A stretch of DNA of 64,000 nt, taken from the NCBI GenBank assembly GCA_949296475.1, contig CASFOK010000011.1, forward strand, positions 2,300 through 66,299, read 5' to 3'. The DNA comes from an uncultured Pseudomonadota bacterium (GTDB lineage Bacteria > Pseudomonadota > Alphaproteobacteria > Rs-D84). This document shows, in pieces, positions 27,563 to 36,056 of the stretch. How positions within the stretch are numbered: position 1 is the first letter of the stretch; every line of letters starts with the position of its first letter. The notes beneath the pieces are model-generated. The model did no database searches. It was not told the DNA's origin and saw nothing but the letters and a program-made list of their open reading frames with translations. The translations under genes were made by a program, and so were the position numbers.

Positions 27563-27668
27563 AATGTCCCCCCCGAATATATCCAGAACTTTATATATCT
27601 TGGTATCATTTTATCATATTTTTACCGGGGAACCAATAATTAAATACCAAACTTTTGCCAAAATTCAA

Positions 27669-28955
27669 TTATCTGCATTCTTCTATCATTTGATTTATCT
27701 GCGCTGCTAATACTAAATCCGTCTTTTTCAATTTTTCAATTTGATTTATCGCATACAATACTGTCGCGTGATCACGATCACCACATACATAGCCAATCTC
27801 TGTCAAAGACATGTCCGTCGCGCTTTTTAATACAGACATCATCATTTGACGTGCCAATACCAAACTGCGACTGCGACCCTTGCCACATACCGCATCGTAT
27901 GATACGCCCAACTTTTCACACATCCCACGAACCATCGCAACAGGTGTCTTGGCCTTTTGCAAGGTATCTGATAATAAACGTTGCGCAATGTCCAATGTTA
28001 CTGTTTCACCCATCAGGTCCGAATACGTCTTTATCTTGTTGGCAACGCCGCCAACCAAATGACCGTCGCCTGCAATACGCGTCGCCAAAGCAGACGCAAC
28101 ATCCGATGATACGCCCGCACGCATTAACATAACACGCTTTACATTCGCATTCGGCGCAACAACATCTGCAACCAAACCAGATGCCAATAAAGATTGCATA
28201 CGACGATCAAAACCAGACAAATTATTCGGCGCCGCATTAGATGTCAAAACAATGTTTTTACCCGCTGCGCGTAAATCAATTATTAATTGAATGAATTCTT
28301 CGCATGTCGCACGTTTACCAGACAATGTCTGAACGTCGTCCAATATAAAAGTATCACAATTACGGCAGAAATCTTTGAATGCAAAAACAGTTCTATCATG
28401 CAGGCTGCGTGTAAACTCTGCAACGAATTGCCCGCCAGACATCTTGATTGTACGCCCCTGCGCAGCAGAATTAATGCAGTCCGCCAACAAAGATTTGCCA
28501 CAGCCCGCAGGTCCATAAATAAACAAAGGCGAAAACGTAACCGCACCTGCCGATAATTTTTTACACGCAGATACAACAAATGCGTTTTCTTCAGACGCAA
28601 TAAACGAATCAAACGCGGTTTTTACAGAAACGTTTACAACACGTTCAACCGTTGCAGGTGAATAAGATTGAACGTTATTATCGTTTGCAACTGATGCAGG
28701 CAATTTGGCACCACGTACACAAATTTTTATTCCTAACCCAAAATCAGATGCAACAGATGATAAAACGCCGGAATGAACACTGCCGATGAAATCAGCAGAG
28801 AATTGATTTTGCGCAGTTAAAACCAAAACATCATCAACAACATCAAATTGTAACGGCGCAATCCAAGAAGAATAACTTGCAGAATCTAACTTCGCGGCGA
28901 TGGCCCCCTTGATTTGTTCCAAGTCAGTCTTTGTTTTTTTTACCGCTACCTGCAT
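27669..28955 (-). CDS. dnaA: Chromosomal replication initiator DnaA (divergent)
   Basis: AAA+ core (GPAGCGKSLL, ILDDVQTLSGKRATCEEF, IVLTSNAAP) and domain IV (ARQMMMSVLK..T..SL.EIG...G.RDHATVLYA..QIEKL). Start trimmed to ATG 28955 behind AAAGGAGAAACG. Confidence 0.85.
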   Translation of the reverse strand: MQVAVKKTKTDLEQIKGAIAAKLDSASYSSWIAPLQFDVVDDVLVLTAQNQFSADFIGSVHSGVLSSVASDFGLGIKICVRGAKLPASVANDNNVQSYSPATVERVVNVSVKTAFDSFIASEENAFVVSACKKLSAGAVTFSPLFIYGPAGCGKSLLADCINSAAQGRTIKMSGGQFVAEFTRSLHDRTVFAFKDFCRNCDTFILDDVQTLSGKRATCEEFIQLIIDLRAAGKNIVLTSNAAPNNLSGFDRRMQSLLASGLVADVVAPNANVKRVMLMRAGVSSDVASALATRIAGDGHLVGGVANKIKTYSDLMGETVTLDIAQRLLSDTLQKAKTPVAMVRGMCEKLGVSYDAVCGKGRSRSLVLARQMMMSVLKSATDMSLTEIGYVCGDRDHATVLYAINQIEKLKKTDLVLAAQINQMIEECR

Positions 28956-29236
28956 GTCGTTTCTCCTTTCCTTCCTTAAAAGAGTTTCCTGCCAGCGCAA
29001 GAGTGCAAAAGACACCCGCACATAAATACCGCATCCTATATCACTTAATATATTATGCCGGTATTTATTTTTGCCCTACTTTAAACCCTCTCGCTTTTGG
29101 TGATTGAGTTATCTCAATCGTTTTGGATACATCAAATAAGTTATATGATTAATTCGTCTTTGCAACAATTTGTTAAACAATTTTTTAACATTTATTTTTT
29201 GACAACGATTCGTTTTTTTGCCAGATTTCTGCGCCT

Positions 29237-29258
29237 TGTATATACACTGTATATACAC
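29237..29258. repeat. Perfect tandem 11-bp repeat TGTATATACAC x2 in the dprA-dnaA intergenic region
   Basis: Read directly: tgtatatacac (29237-29247) followed by tgtatatacac (29248-29258). Confidence 0.9.
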
Positions 29259-29266
29259 AAAAAATC

Positions 29267-30289
29267 TTATGCACGAATGTATCCGCCATCAACTTTTATG
29301 ACTAAGCCTTGTAATTCCAATACCACTAAATCGCTTTTTATTTCCGAAATATTTTTTTTGACAATTTCTGCCAATACAGATTCTGATACGGGAATTGTTC
29401 CTAAGGCATCTAATAAAGAATTTTCTTTTTCTAATTTTACAGAATTTTTTTTCTTAATTTCGTCTTTTTTATCTGTACCAAAAAAGTCAGACACCCCCAT
29501 ACATAACTTTGCCTGCCCCGATTTAATCAATGAATTCGGCCCCAAAGACCTGGAATCCGTAGGATGTGACGGTATTGCATATATATCTTTATCATAATCA
29601 ATACCGAATCGGGCGGTTGTCATACTGCCGGACTTCAAGTCCGCCTCGCCCAGAATTAATTTTTCGCAAATTCCCGCCACCCAACGATTGCGCTGAACAA
29701 AATTAGTAGCAACAGGCACAAAGCCAACAGGCATTTCACTTATAACTGCACCACGCGAAACGATATCCCAATACAGCGATTCGTTCTCCAATGGCCATAT
29801 ATAATCAACGCCACCTGCAACAATCGCTATTGTTTGCGAATCGCCGGCAGATTGTAAAGCCCCAATATGTGCCGCACTGTCCGTACCAATTGCCATACCA
29901 GATGCAACCGCAAAGCCATTATTTGCAAAAGCGCCACTTAATTCAGAAACCATATTCATACCATGCACGGTTGCATGGCGCGTACCAACAATGCTTACCA
30001 CTGGTTTAGACAAAGTATTAATATTTCCACGAACGCTTATAATCGGTGGATGATTTTTTATTTTTTTTAACCTTGCCGGATATTTTTCATCTTCATCACT
30101 TATATAATATATATTTTTATTGTGTGCTTGTTCCATTTCATGCAGAACCGATTCACGAACCGAATCGTTGTCAGTTATGGTTTTTGCCGCAGCTTCTGCG
30201 CAACCAAATTTGCGAATCAGTTCATTATACTTAACGGGCCCGATTCCCGGTGTACGTAATAGCAATAATTTATGAAATAAATCTGACAT
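29267..30289 (-). CDS. dprA: DNA-processing protein DprA (Smf)
   Basis: Motifs GIGPVKYNELI, IVGTRHAT, SGMAIGTDSAAH, IAIVAGGVD..WP.EN, F.QRNRWVAG, SGSMTTAR. Confidence 0.88.
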   Translation of the reverse strand: MSDLFHKLLLLRTPGIGPVKYNELIRKFGCAEAAAKTITDNDSVRESVLHEMEQAHNKNIYYISDEDEKYPARLKKIKNHPPIISVRGNINTLSKPVVSIVGTRHATVHGMNMVSELSGAFANNGFAVASGMAIGTDSAAHIGALQSAGDSQTIAIVAGGVDYIWPLENESLYWDIVSRGAVISEMPVGFVPVATNFVQRNRWVAGICEKLILGEADLKSGSMTTARFGIDYDKDIYAIPSHPTDSRSLGPNSLIKSGQAKLCMGVSDFFGTDKKDEIKKKNSVKLEKENSLLDALGTIPVSESVLAEIVKKNISEIKSDLVVLELQGLVIKVDGGYIRA

Positions 30290-30367
30290 ACAAACACTAT
30301 AAAAATATCTTACAATTAATAAAAGAAGTATTTTTATTTATAATTAAAGCCCTTTACAGGGCTTTAA

Positions 30368-31201
30368 TTAATTAACCCCCAGTAAATATTCATAATTATA
30401 TTGACTGCACTCGTCAGGTTTCTCTGCCCCATTCCAAATATTTTTTTCACATTCTGTCTTCAGTGTTTGCAGTGCCTGCTTAAATTTATCAAATTCTTGT
30501 TTATTTTCTTGTTTTAACACAAGCAATTGAGAACGCATTCTATCTTCTGCTGACAAATTTGTGTTTTTCTGACCTTCAACACTGCCACCTATTAAACGAT
30601 TACCAAACAGTTCCATTGAACCAACGCCAATACCTGCACCACCAACAACGCCACCAACAGTTGCCCATGTACGTGCGGTTTTCTTGGCATCCAAGATTCG
30701 TTGCCGCAATGTCTCTTCATCTGCCCAAGAACCACAAGTTATATCGCGCCCCATTTCAAAATATTGACTTGGAACATCAGATACGCTTATTTTCGGGTCA
30801 TCGGAACGCAGTTCAACCTTAACAAAACAAATGTTATTTTCCGGGTTTTGCGTATCTTCTATCATGGAAGCATAGTTATTTGAATTGCTATACCGCGACG
30901 CCCAAACAAAAGTATTTCCGACGCCGATATTATTGTTTATACATGCCGCCTTTTCTTTTTCGCGCAAATCAACTGTATTTGCTGGTTTCGCATCTATATC
31001 AACGCGCACAGACGATTCGACATTTGTATTACCAGAATTTGCCGCCGCCATAGCACTTATTTGATTGGTAGAGGCCGTCGCACGTGGCGCGGTCATAACC
31101 ATTTGAGAATTCATAGAACGTCTTGATTGCGTATCTGCGGTAACCGCCATTGCCGGCAAACAAGCAGAAAACGCGATAAGCGAAAAAATAAACTTTTTCA
31201 T
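30368..31201 (-). CDS. Secreted hypothetical protein (277 aa) with Gly-zipper segment and C-terminal Cys-containing helix region
   Basis: Start trimmed to ATG 31201 (MKKFIFSLIAFSACLPAMA|V signal peptide). Contains TARTWATVGGVVGGAGIGVG. Followed by the hairpin AAAGCCCTttacAGGGCTTT at ~30343-30366. Confidence 0.6.
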   Translation of the reverse strand: MKKFIFSLIAFSACLPAMAVTADTQSRRSMNSQMVMTAPRATASTNQISAMAAANSGNTNVESSVRVDIDAKPANTVDLREKEKAACINNNIGVGNTFVWASRYSNSNNYASMIEDTQNPENNICFVKVELRSDDPKISVSDVPSQYFEMGRDITCGSWADEETLRQRILDAKKTARTWATVGGVVGGAGIGVGSMELFGNRLIGGSVEGQKNTNLSAEDRMRSQLLVLKQENKQEFDKFKQALQTLKTECEKNIWNGAEKPDECSQYNYEYLLGVN

Positions 31202-31309
31202 TATTCTCTTTCCTCTTTCATTAAAATAATTATACCACAAAATAAGTAAAAAATAAAGGTAAACTATGTTTATATTATAAAACCGCACTAATTATTGTGC
31301 GGTTTGATT

Positions 31310-31897
31310 TTACTTTTTCCACTTCCATTCAATTTTTGTTTCTGTGCCACCGACCAACCGTCCAATATTCTCATGATGACGCCACAAACATAACAACGCG
31401 ATTGCCAGTAAAGGCAATCCGAATTGCCACCCCATAACAAAACCTAATACCGGCATCACGCAAAAAGCCACAACCGCCCCCAAAGAAGAATACCCTGTGG
31501 TCAATGCTACGATTAACCATTCTATGCCGCAAACGACGAACAATAATGGATTAACAGCCAACAGCACGCCAAACATAGAAGATATACCCTTGCCTCCATG
31601 AAATTTCAACCACACAGGATAACAATGACCTAAAACCGCGACAAAACCGCACCAAACTGCAAACACGTCACCACCAACATAACCCCCAAACAAAACAGCC
31701 GCAACAGCCTTTAACATATCCAACACCCACGTTAATGCCGCCATTCTTAATCCCCCGACGCGCATAACGTTTGTGGCCCCGATGTTTCCGCTGCCAACCT
31801 TGCGCAAATCGCCCTTGCCCATAAATTTTGTCAGTAATAACCCCATTGGTATAGATCCTAACAGGTACGAAAAAATAATTGCCAATATGTAAATCAT
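31310..31897 (-). CDS. plsY: Glycerol-3-phosphate acyltransferase PlsY
   Basis: GSGNIGATNVMR motif, LD.LK, multi-TM, 195 aa. Downstream hairpin AAACCGCAC...GTGCGGTTT at ~31279-31306. Confidence 0.9.
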   Translation of the reverse strand: MIYILAIIFSYLLGSIPMGLLLTKFMGKGDLRKVGSGNIGATNVMRVGGLRMAALTWVLDMLKAVAAVLFGGYVGGDVFAVWCGFVAVLGHCYPVWLKFHGGKGISSMFGVLLAVNPLLFVVCGIEWLIVALTTGYSSLGAVVAFCVMPVLGFVMGWQFGLPLLAIALLCLWRHHENIGRLVGGTETKIEWKWKK

Positions 31898-31970
31898 TTT
31901 CTTTTTCCTTGATTTTATGTTTGTTTTCTATAAAATAGCAGAAAACGTGACTAAATAAAAGGAAAATAAA

Positions 31971-32228
31971 GTGGCAAATCACAAGTCATCAAAAAAAAGA
32001 ATTTTAGTAACAGCAAAAAAGAATGCTATAAACACATCACGTCGCAGCGCGGTTAAGACAGCAACTAAAAAGGTCTTGTCTGCAATCGCATCTGGCGATA
32101 AAGCAACGGCGATTAATGCAACACGCGCAGCGGAAAGCAAGATAATGAAATCTGCGGGTAAAATTATGCCTAAGAAACGTGCTGCACGTAAAATATCGCG
32201 TTTAACGAAAAAAGTCGCAGCGATGTAA
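31971..32228 (+). CDS. rpsT: 30S ribosomal protein S20
   Basis: GTG start. MANHKSSKKRILVTAKKN..N.SRRS..KT. 85 aa, highly basic. Confidence 0.9.
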   Translation: MANHKSSKKRILVTAKKNAINTSRRSAVKTATKKVLSAIASGDKATAINATRAAESKIMKSAGKIMPKKRAARKISRLTKKVAAM

Positions 32229-32242
32229 AAACTAAATATTCT

Positions 32243-32273
32243 AAAAAAGTCGCATATTAATGCGACTTTTTTA
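32243..32273. terminator. Bidirectional terminator after rpsT
   Basis: aaaaaGTCGCAtattaaTGCGACttttt. Confidence 0.7.
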
Positions 32274-32288
32274 TAACCGTATAAAAAA

Positions 32289-32678
32289 CTAATTAACCCA
32301 AATAAAAGCGCGTCCCTCTGGCGCATCTCCTGATGGCATAGTCATCGGAACAGAATCTAATGCCGGGTCAGACTTGTCCAATTTAGTATCCAACGCATTT
32401 TTAACGGTTTGTGCGTTATAGTATTGCTGCGCGTTTGATACAGCGTCCAAACTGGTTAATTTGTTTTCAACGTTCTCTAAATTGCTTATATCAGGTATAA
32501 CCGGTTTATTTTTAATATAATCGGGGGCCGACGAATCGCTTTGATTCCAATCTGCTTGTATATTTTTTACGGCATCTACTATGGAATTAACGTACCCCTG
32601 TGATGCAAGTTCCGCATTAGCAGGCAATGCGCACAACCCCATAATTAAAGTAAAAATATATATTTTTGTATATTTCAT
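32289..32678 (-). CDS. Small secreted protein with phage-tail-fibre-type motif (129 aa)
   Basis: Signal peptide ...LCALPANA|E. ADWNQSDSSAPDYIKNKPVIP matches the DWN..D...P.YIKNKP tail-fibre motif. C-terminal GRAFIWVN resembles the C-termini of the 82-1773 and 1785-4166 proteins. Begins 28 nt after the secretin stop. Confidence 0.65.
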   Translation of the reverse strand: MKYTKIYIFTLIMGLCALPANAELASQGYVNSIVDAVKNIQADWNQSDSSAPDYIKNKPVIPDISNLENVENKLTSLDAVSNAQQYYNAQTVKNALDTKLDKSDPALDSVPMTMPSGDAPEGRAFIWVN

Positions 32679-32706
32679 TCTCTCGCACTATCCCGTAAAG
32701 AAACCT

Positions 32707-34335
32707 TTAATTTAAAGGCGCCCCCCAATGCTGTTGTATGCTACGTTCTACATCCATCGGACTGATTAATACCTGTGGCGTTAAAATAACCACCAGCACA
32801 TCACGTGTTGCCGACGTTTCGCGCGAACCAGACAAAGCCATAAAGTCAGGATCGCCCAACCCATAACGCGTATCATTATTTGTCTGTTTTTCAAACCCTG
32901 ACACGACCAGCATTTGCCCAGATTCCATAATAACTTCTTGCATGAAACTACGTTCCTCAACTTCTGGCAACTGCAAAGTAACTTCGCCGATCGTTTGCGT
33001 TGACATTTTCAACAATTCACGAACAGACATTCTGAACAGCAAAAGTATTTTACCATTTTCCAAGACATTTGGCAACAACTGCATTGAAAAACCTGTTTCC
33101 AAATCGTCTTGATCAACGGTACTTGACTCTACTGTTGTGAAGTTTCTAGACTCAAACCTTTTGATGTAACCCGTTGTTTTTGTGTTGTTTACTGGCGCAA
33201 CGCGATTGTTACGAGTAGTAACGCCGACGTTGGTAACCAAGGATACCTTTCCTTGTTTTGCAAGTGCTTCTATCAAGGCATTACTTCCTGCAACGCCGGA
33301 TAAAGACCCATTTTGTATTTGATCTTGGGTATAAGCACCTACAACTTCTGTACCATTTTCTTGGTGCGTCGCCCCTGTTAACGCGGATACTGTATTAGAC
33401 AAAACCGCGATATTCATGGCATTTGCTTCTGTCGTAGCCAAGTTATTCTTTGGGTTTGCGACGATATTCAAACCAGATGCAGAATTTATCGCAGCTGCTA
33501 AATTCAAACCAAAAGCCGAATCGTTTGATATAGAAACTTGTAACACTTTGACATCAATTGTAACTAGTTGTGATAAACGTTTATTCTGGCGCGCGATATA
33601 TTCCCCTACTCTATTTAATATGGACGGAGGCGCGGTTACAGTAATAGTTCCCAAACTGCGAGAAACAGTAAATTTAGCGTTATCAACATCGCCAACAATT
33701 GCAGATATTGCACTTTCTACTTCGTCCCACTCTTTTAAAGTAGATTCCAAAGACACCTGATTACCGTCATCTGTTTCTACGGCTGTTTGATAAGACACAT
33801 CCGTTCCCAGCGCATATAAAGTAAACGTTTTTGTTTCTGTTTCATAAAAAACGATTGACGTTTTATTATAATACCATAACAAGTCCAAATCTGTCGCAAT
33901 CTGAGACAATAACCCAGATAGTTTTCCTGTATAAGCAACGTTTATAGTTTTCTTTAATTTTTCTGAATTAACTTGACTGTCTATTTTAACTGGTATGCCT
34001 GTAATTGAAGTTATATCGTTTGCCAAAACCTGCAAGCTTACGGGCTCATTTAATAAAATTGTAATACCTGTATCCGTTTCAAACTGTGAAGGTAAATTAT
34101 TTCTGTGTTCTAAAATCGTTGACGATGCCCCCAACCAAACGCCTTCGGACATAGACACAGTATCGCCGCTTTCAACTTTGGCGCGCGGATTTTTTGCCAT
34201 TTCAAAAGCATCATATGCATTTATAAAATCTTGATCAACAGACGCAGCAACTTTTGCGGATTCTTCTTTTGCGCAACCCGTAAACATCGTGCATAACACA
34301 CCGCATACTATCAAAAATTTCATTGGCTTGATCAT
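32707..34335 (-). CDS. PilN-type (type IVb pilus) lipoprotein secretin
   Basis: Lipobox MFTGC. C-terminal secretin-domain pattern ...SGQMLVVSGFEKQ....RYGLGDP...LSGS......RDVLVVILTPQVL. 542 aa. Confidence 0.7.
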   Translation of the reverse strand: MIKPMKFLIVCGVLCTMFTGCAKEESAKVAASVDQDFINAYDAFEMAKNPRAKVESGDTVSMSEGVWLGASSTILEHRNNLPSQFETDTGITILLNEPVSLQVLANDITSITGIPVKIDSQVNSEKLKKTINVAYTGKLSGLLSQIATDLDLLWYYNKTSIVFYETETKTFTLYALGTDVSYQTAVETDDGNQVSLESTLKEWDEVESAISAIVGDVDNAKFTVSRSLGTITVTAPPSILNRVGEYIARQNKRLSQLVTIDVKVLQVSISNDSAFGLNLAAAINSASGLNIVANPKNNLATTEANAMNIAVLSNTVSALTGATHQENGTEVVGAYTQDQIQNGSLSGVAGSNALIEALAKQGKVSLVTNVGVTTRNNRVAPVNNTKTTGYIKRFESRNFTTVESSTVDQDDLETGFSMQLLPNVLENGKILLLFRMSVRELLKMSTQTIGEVTLQLPEVEERSFMQEVIMESGQMLVVSGFEKQTNNDTRYGLGDPDFMALSGSRETSATRDVLVVILTPQVLISPMDVERSIQQHWGAPLN

Positions 34336-34373
34336 TTATCATCTCCTCTGGCAAAAAACAAGAAACACAACAC

Positions 34374-35315
34374 CTACTCTTCCGAAGTAGAAATCACAAG
34401 TACCCTGTTACCCTTGTAAAACTTTGCATATGGTATTGGGGTTGCCCTTGCAAAATTTCTGACTAACGCGGACGCAACATCAACAAAACGTCCTTTAAAG
34501 ACCGCACTGGCTTCTATTGGATATTCACGAGACGTTGCCCATACTAAATCCCAACCTTCTTTATTACACCAATCTTGTAAAACCTCTCTCAACGTTTGAC
34601 CGCTGGCGACCACCCAAGAACGAACCTGATCCGACACGTTAACTGGCGCTTCTGCATCGGCAGAAATATCAACAGAAATTTCTGTCTCTGTCGTTTCAGA
34701 AGTTGAACTTTCATTAACGTCGGCTATTTCCGTTTCTGTCATCCCCATTTTTACAGCAAACGCCTGATAATCATCGGTATAATTACCACAGTTTTTTCTA
34801 CCGCTACGAGACACAGTCAAAACAGCCCCGCCATCGTCTTCTAGCATTTCACGATGCAACAACGGCATTTCAGAGCCATTATTACACTCGTCATCAAAAC
34901 CGACAGGAATTTGCGTTCCATGTAACATATTTGCACCGCCAGACCAACCGTTAAAATCGCCATCTGTCGCGCCTAAATTAAAATTATTTTCAACCACTAA
35001 ATCCGCGCCTATTTTTGAAACAACGCGAATATTATCAGACTGTTTTGACTGCGAACACATACCATCTTCGCACGCGATTTCCACATCTGCATCAGACCCA
35101 GCAATTGGCCAAACAGGTACCGTTGCGGGATTTGACTCTTGTACAACCACCTGCCCAGTTGTCTGTTCTTGCACCGCATAATTATTCGTTTCAGAGTCAT
35201 TTTGTTGGGTATAAAACACCTCTGACGTAACGACCTGGGGTGGAACCATATCCGCAGCAAAGCAATAACCCGCAGCGGTTGCAAACATTGCGACAATTAA
35301 AATTTTACGGAACAT
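34374..35315 (-). CDS. PilL/TcpQ-like pilus-biogenesis protein (TcpQ C-terminal domain)
   Basis: Start trimmed to ATG 35315 (MFRKILIVAMFATAAGYCFA signal) behind GGAAAGGAAG. The C-terminal W.V..GQTLREVLQDWC.KEGW.LVW....YPIEASAVF.G.F..... matches the TcpQ/PilL domain pattern. Confidence 0.6.
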   Translation of the reverse strand: MFRKILIVAMFATAAGYCFAADMVPPQVVTSEVFYTQQNDSETNNYAVQEQTTGQVVVQESNPATVPVWPIAGSDADVEIACEDGMCSQSKQSDNIRVVSKIGADLVVENNFNLGATDGDFNGWSGGANMLHGTQIPVGFDDECNNGSEMPLLHREMLEDDGGAVLTVSRSGRKNCGNYTDDYQAFAVKMGMTETEIADVNESSTSETTETEISVDISADAEAPVNVSDQVRSWVVASGQTLREVLQDWCNKEGWDLVWATSREYPIEASAVFKGRFVDVASALVRNFARATPIPYAKFYKGNRVLVISTSEE

Positions 35316-35510
35316 AAAAACTTCCTTTCCTGAATTAATTACTCTATTAATTAAACTTATTATATCAATTTGACCGAATCTGTGCAAGATTAAAACGCAC
35401 CGCAATTTAGCAAAACTTTAAAAAGTTACAATTATTCCAAGATAAAATCGCACGAATCGCAAAAACGTGTTATACTAGGCATATTAAACAAACATCTTCA
35501 GGATTAAATT

Positions 35511-36056
35511 ATGAACAACACATTGTTTTTATTTAGTATTTTGACGCTTATCGTTATATCAACTGTCATGTTATATTTTATGTTCAAAATACACACACGT
35601 ATAAAAGGCATGAACAAAACTTTGACCCATCAATACAACTTGATTGTTAAGATACAATCCGTATTAAAAAACAAATCTGCAACGAACGCCATTTCAGAAA
35701 ACGCAGAGATGATTTATCAAGACTTACTACAAAATTTGATTCCGATTATGGCGGCGATTGATGTTATGCCACGAAATACCGCCGAACATCCGCTATGGCG
35801 TGCACTTGGCGGAATAATGGACGAATACGCCAAGAACCCATTTGCATTGGAAAAATTGCGCCGTTGCATTAAACTTGATTCAGAAGTGTCTCGTTGCATA
35901 GACAATTATATAAATCGCGCAGATACATTTTTACATTACTTGACTACCACCGACCCAGAAGGCATTTTATCTGCAACCTTTACAGACGGTCTGCTGGGGC
36001 AATCGTTAACCTTTTTTACACAGGCAAAGCAACTGGCCCTGCAAACGAACGAATAA
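35511..36056 (+). CDS. Membrane-anchored hypothetical protein, abutting sufB
   Basis: N-terminal TM (LFLFSILTLIVISTVMLYFMF) followed by a helical soluble domain. Its stop TAA (36054-36056) directly abuts the sufB ATG at 36057. Confidence 0.5.
   Translation: MNNTLFLFSILTLIVISTVMLYFMFKIHTRIKGMNKTLTHQYNLIVKIQSVLKNKSATNAISENAEMIYQDLLQNLIPIMAAIDVMPRNTAEHPLWRALGGIMDEYAKNPFALEKLRRCIKLDSEVSRCIDNYINRADTFLHYLTTTDPEGILSATFTDGLLGQSLTFFTQAKQLALQTNE

Noticed and set aside
29097-29597. 166-aa plus-strand ORF spanning the dnaA leader and the dprA 3' end
   Set aside because: It overlaps dprA in antisense. The remainder is AT-rich intergenic DNA with a low-complexity translation.
31668-31982. 104-aa minus-strand ORF overlapping the plsY 5' end
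   Set aside because: It is an alternative frame of plsY plus the promoter region, with no motif. plsY is well supported.
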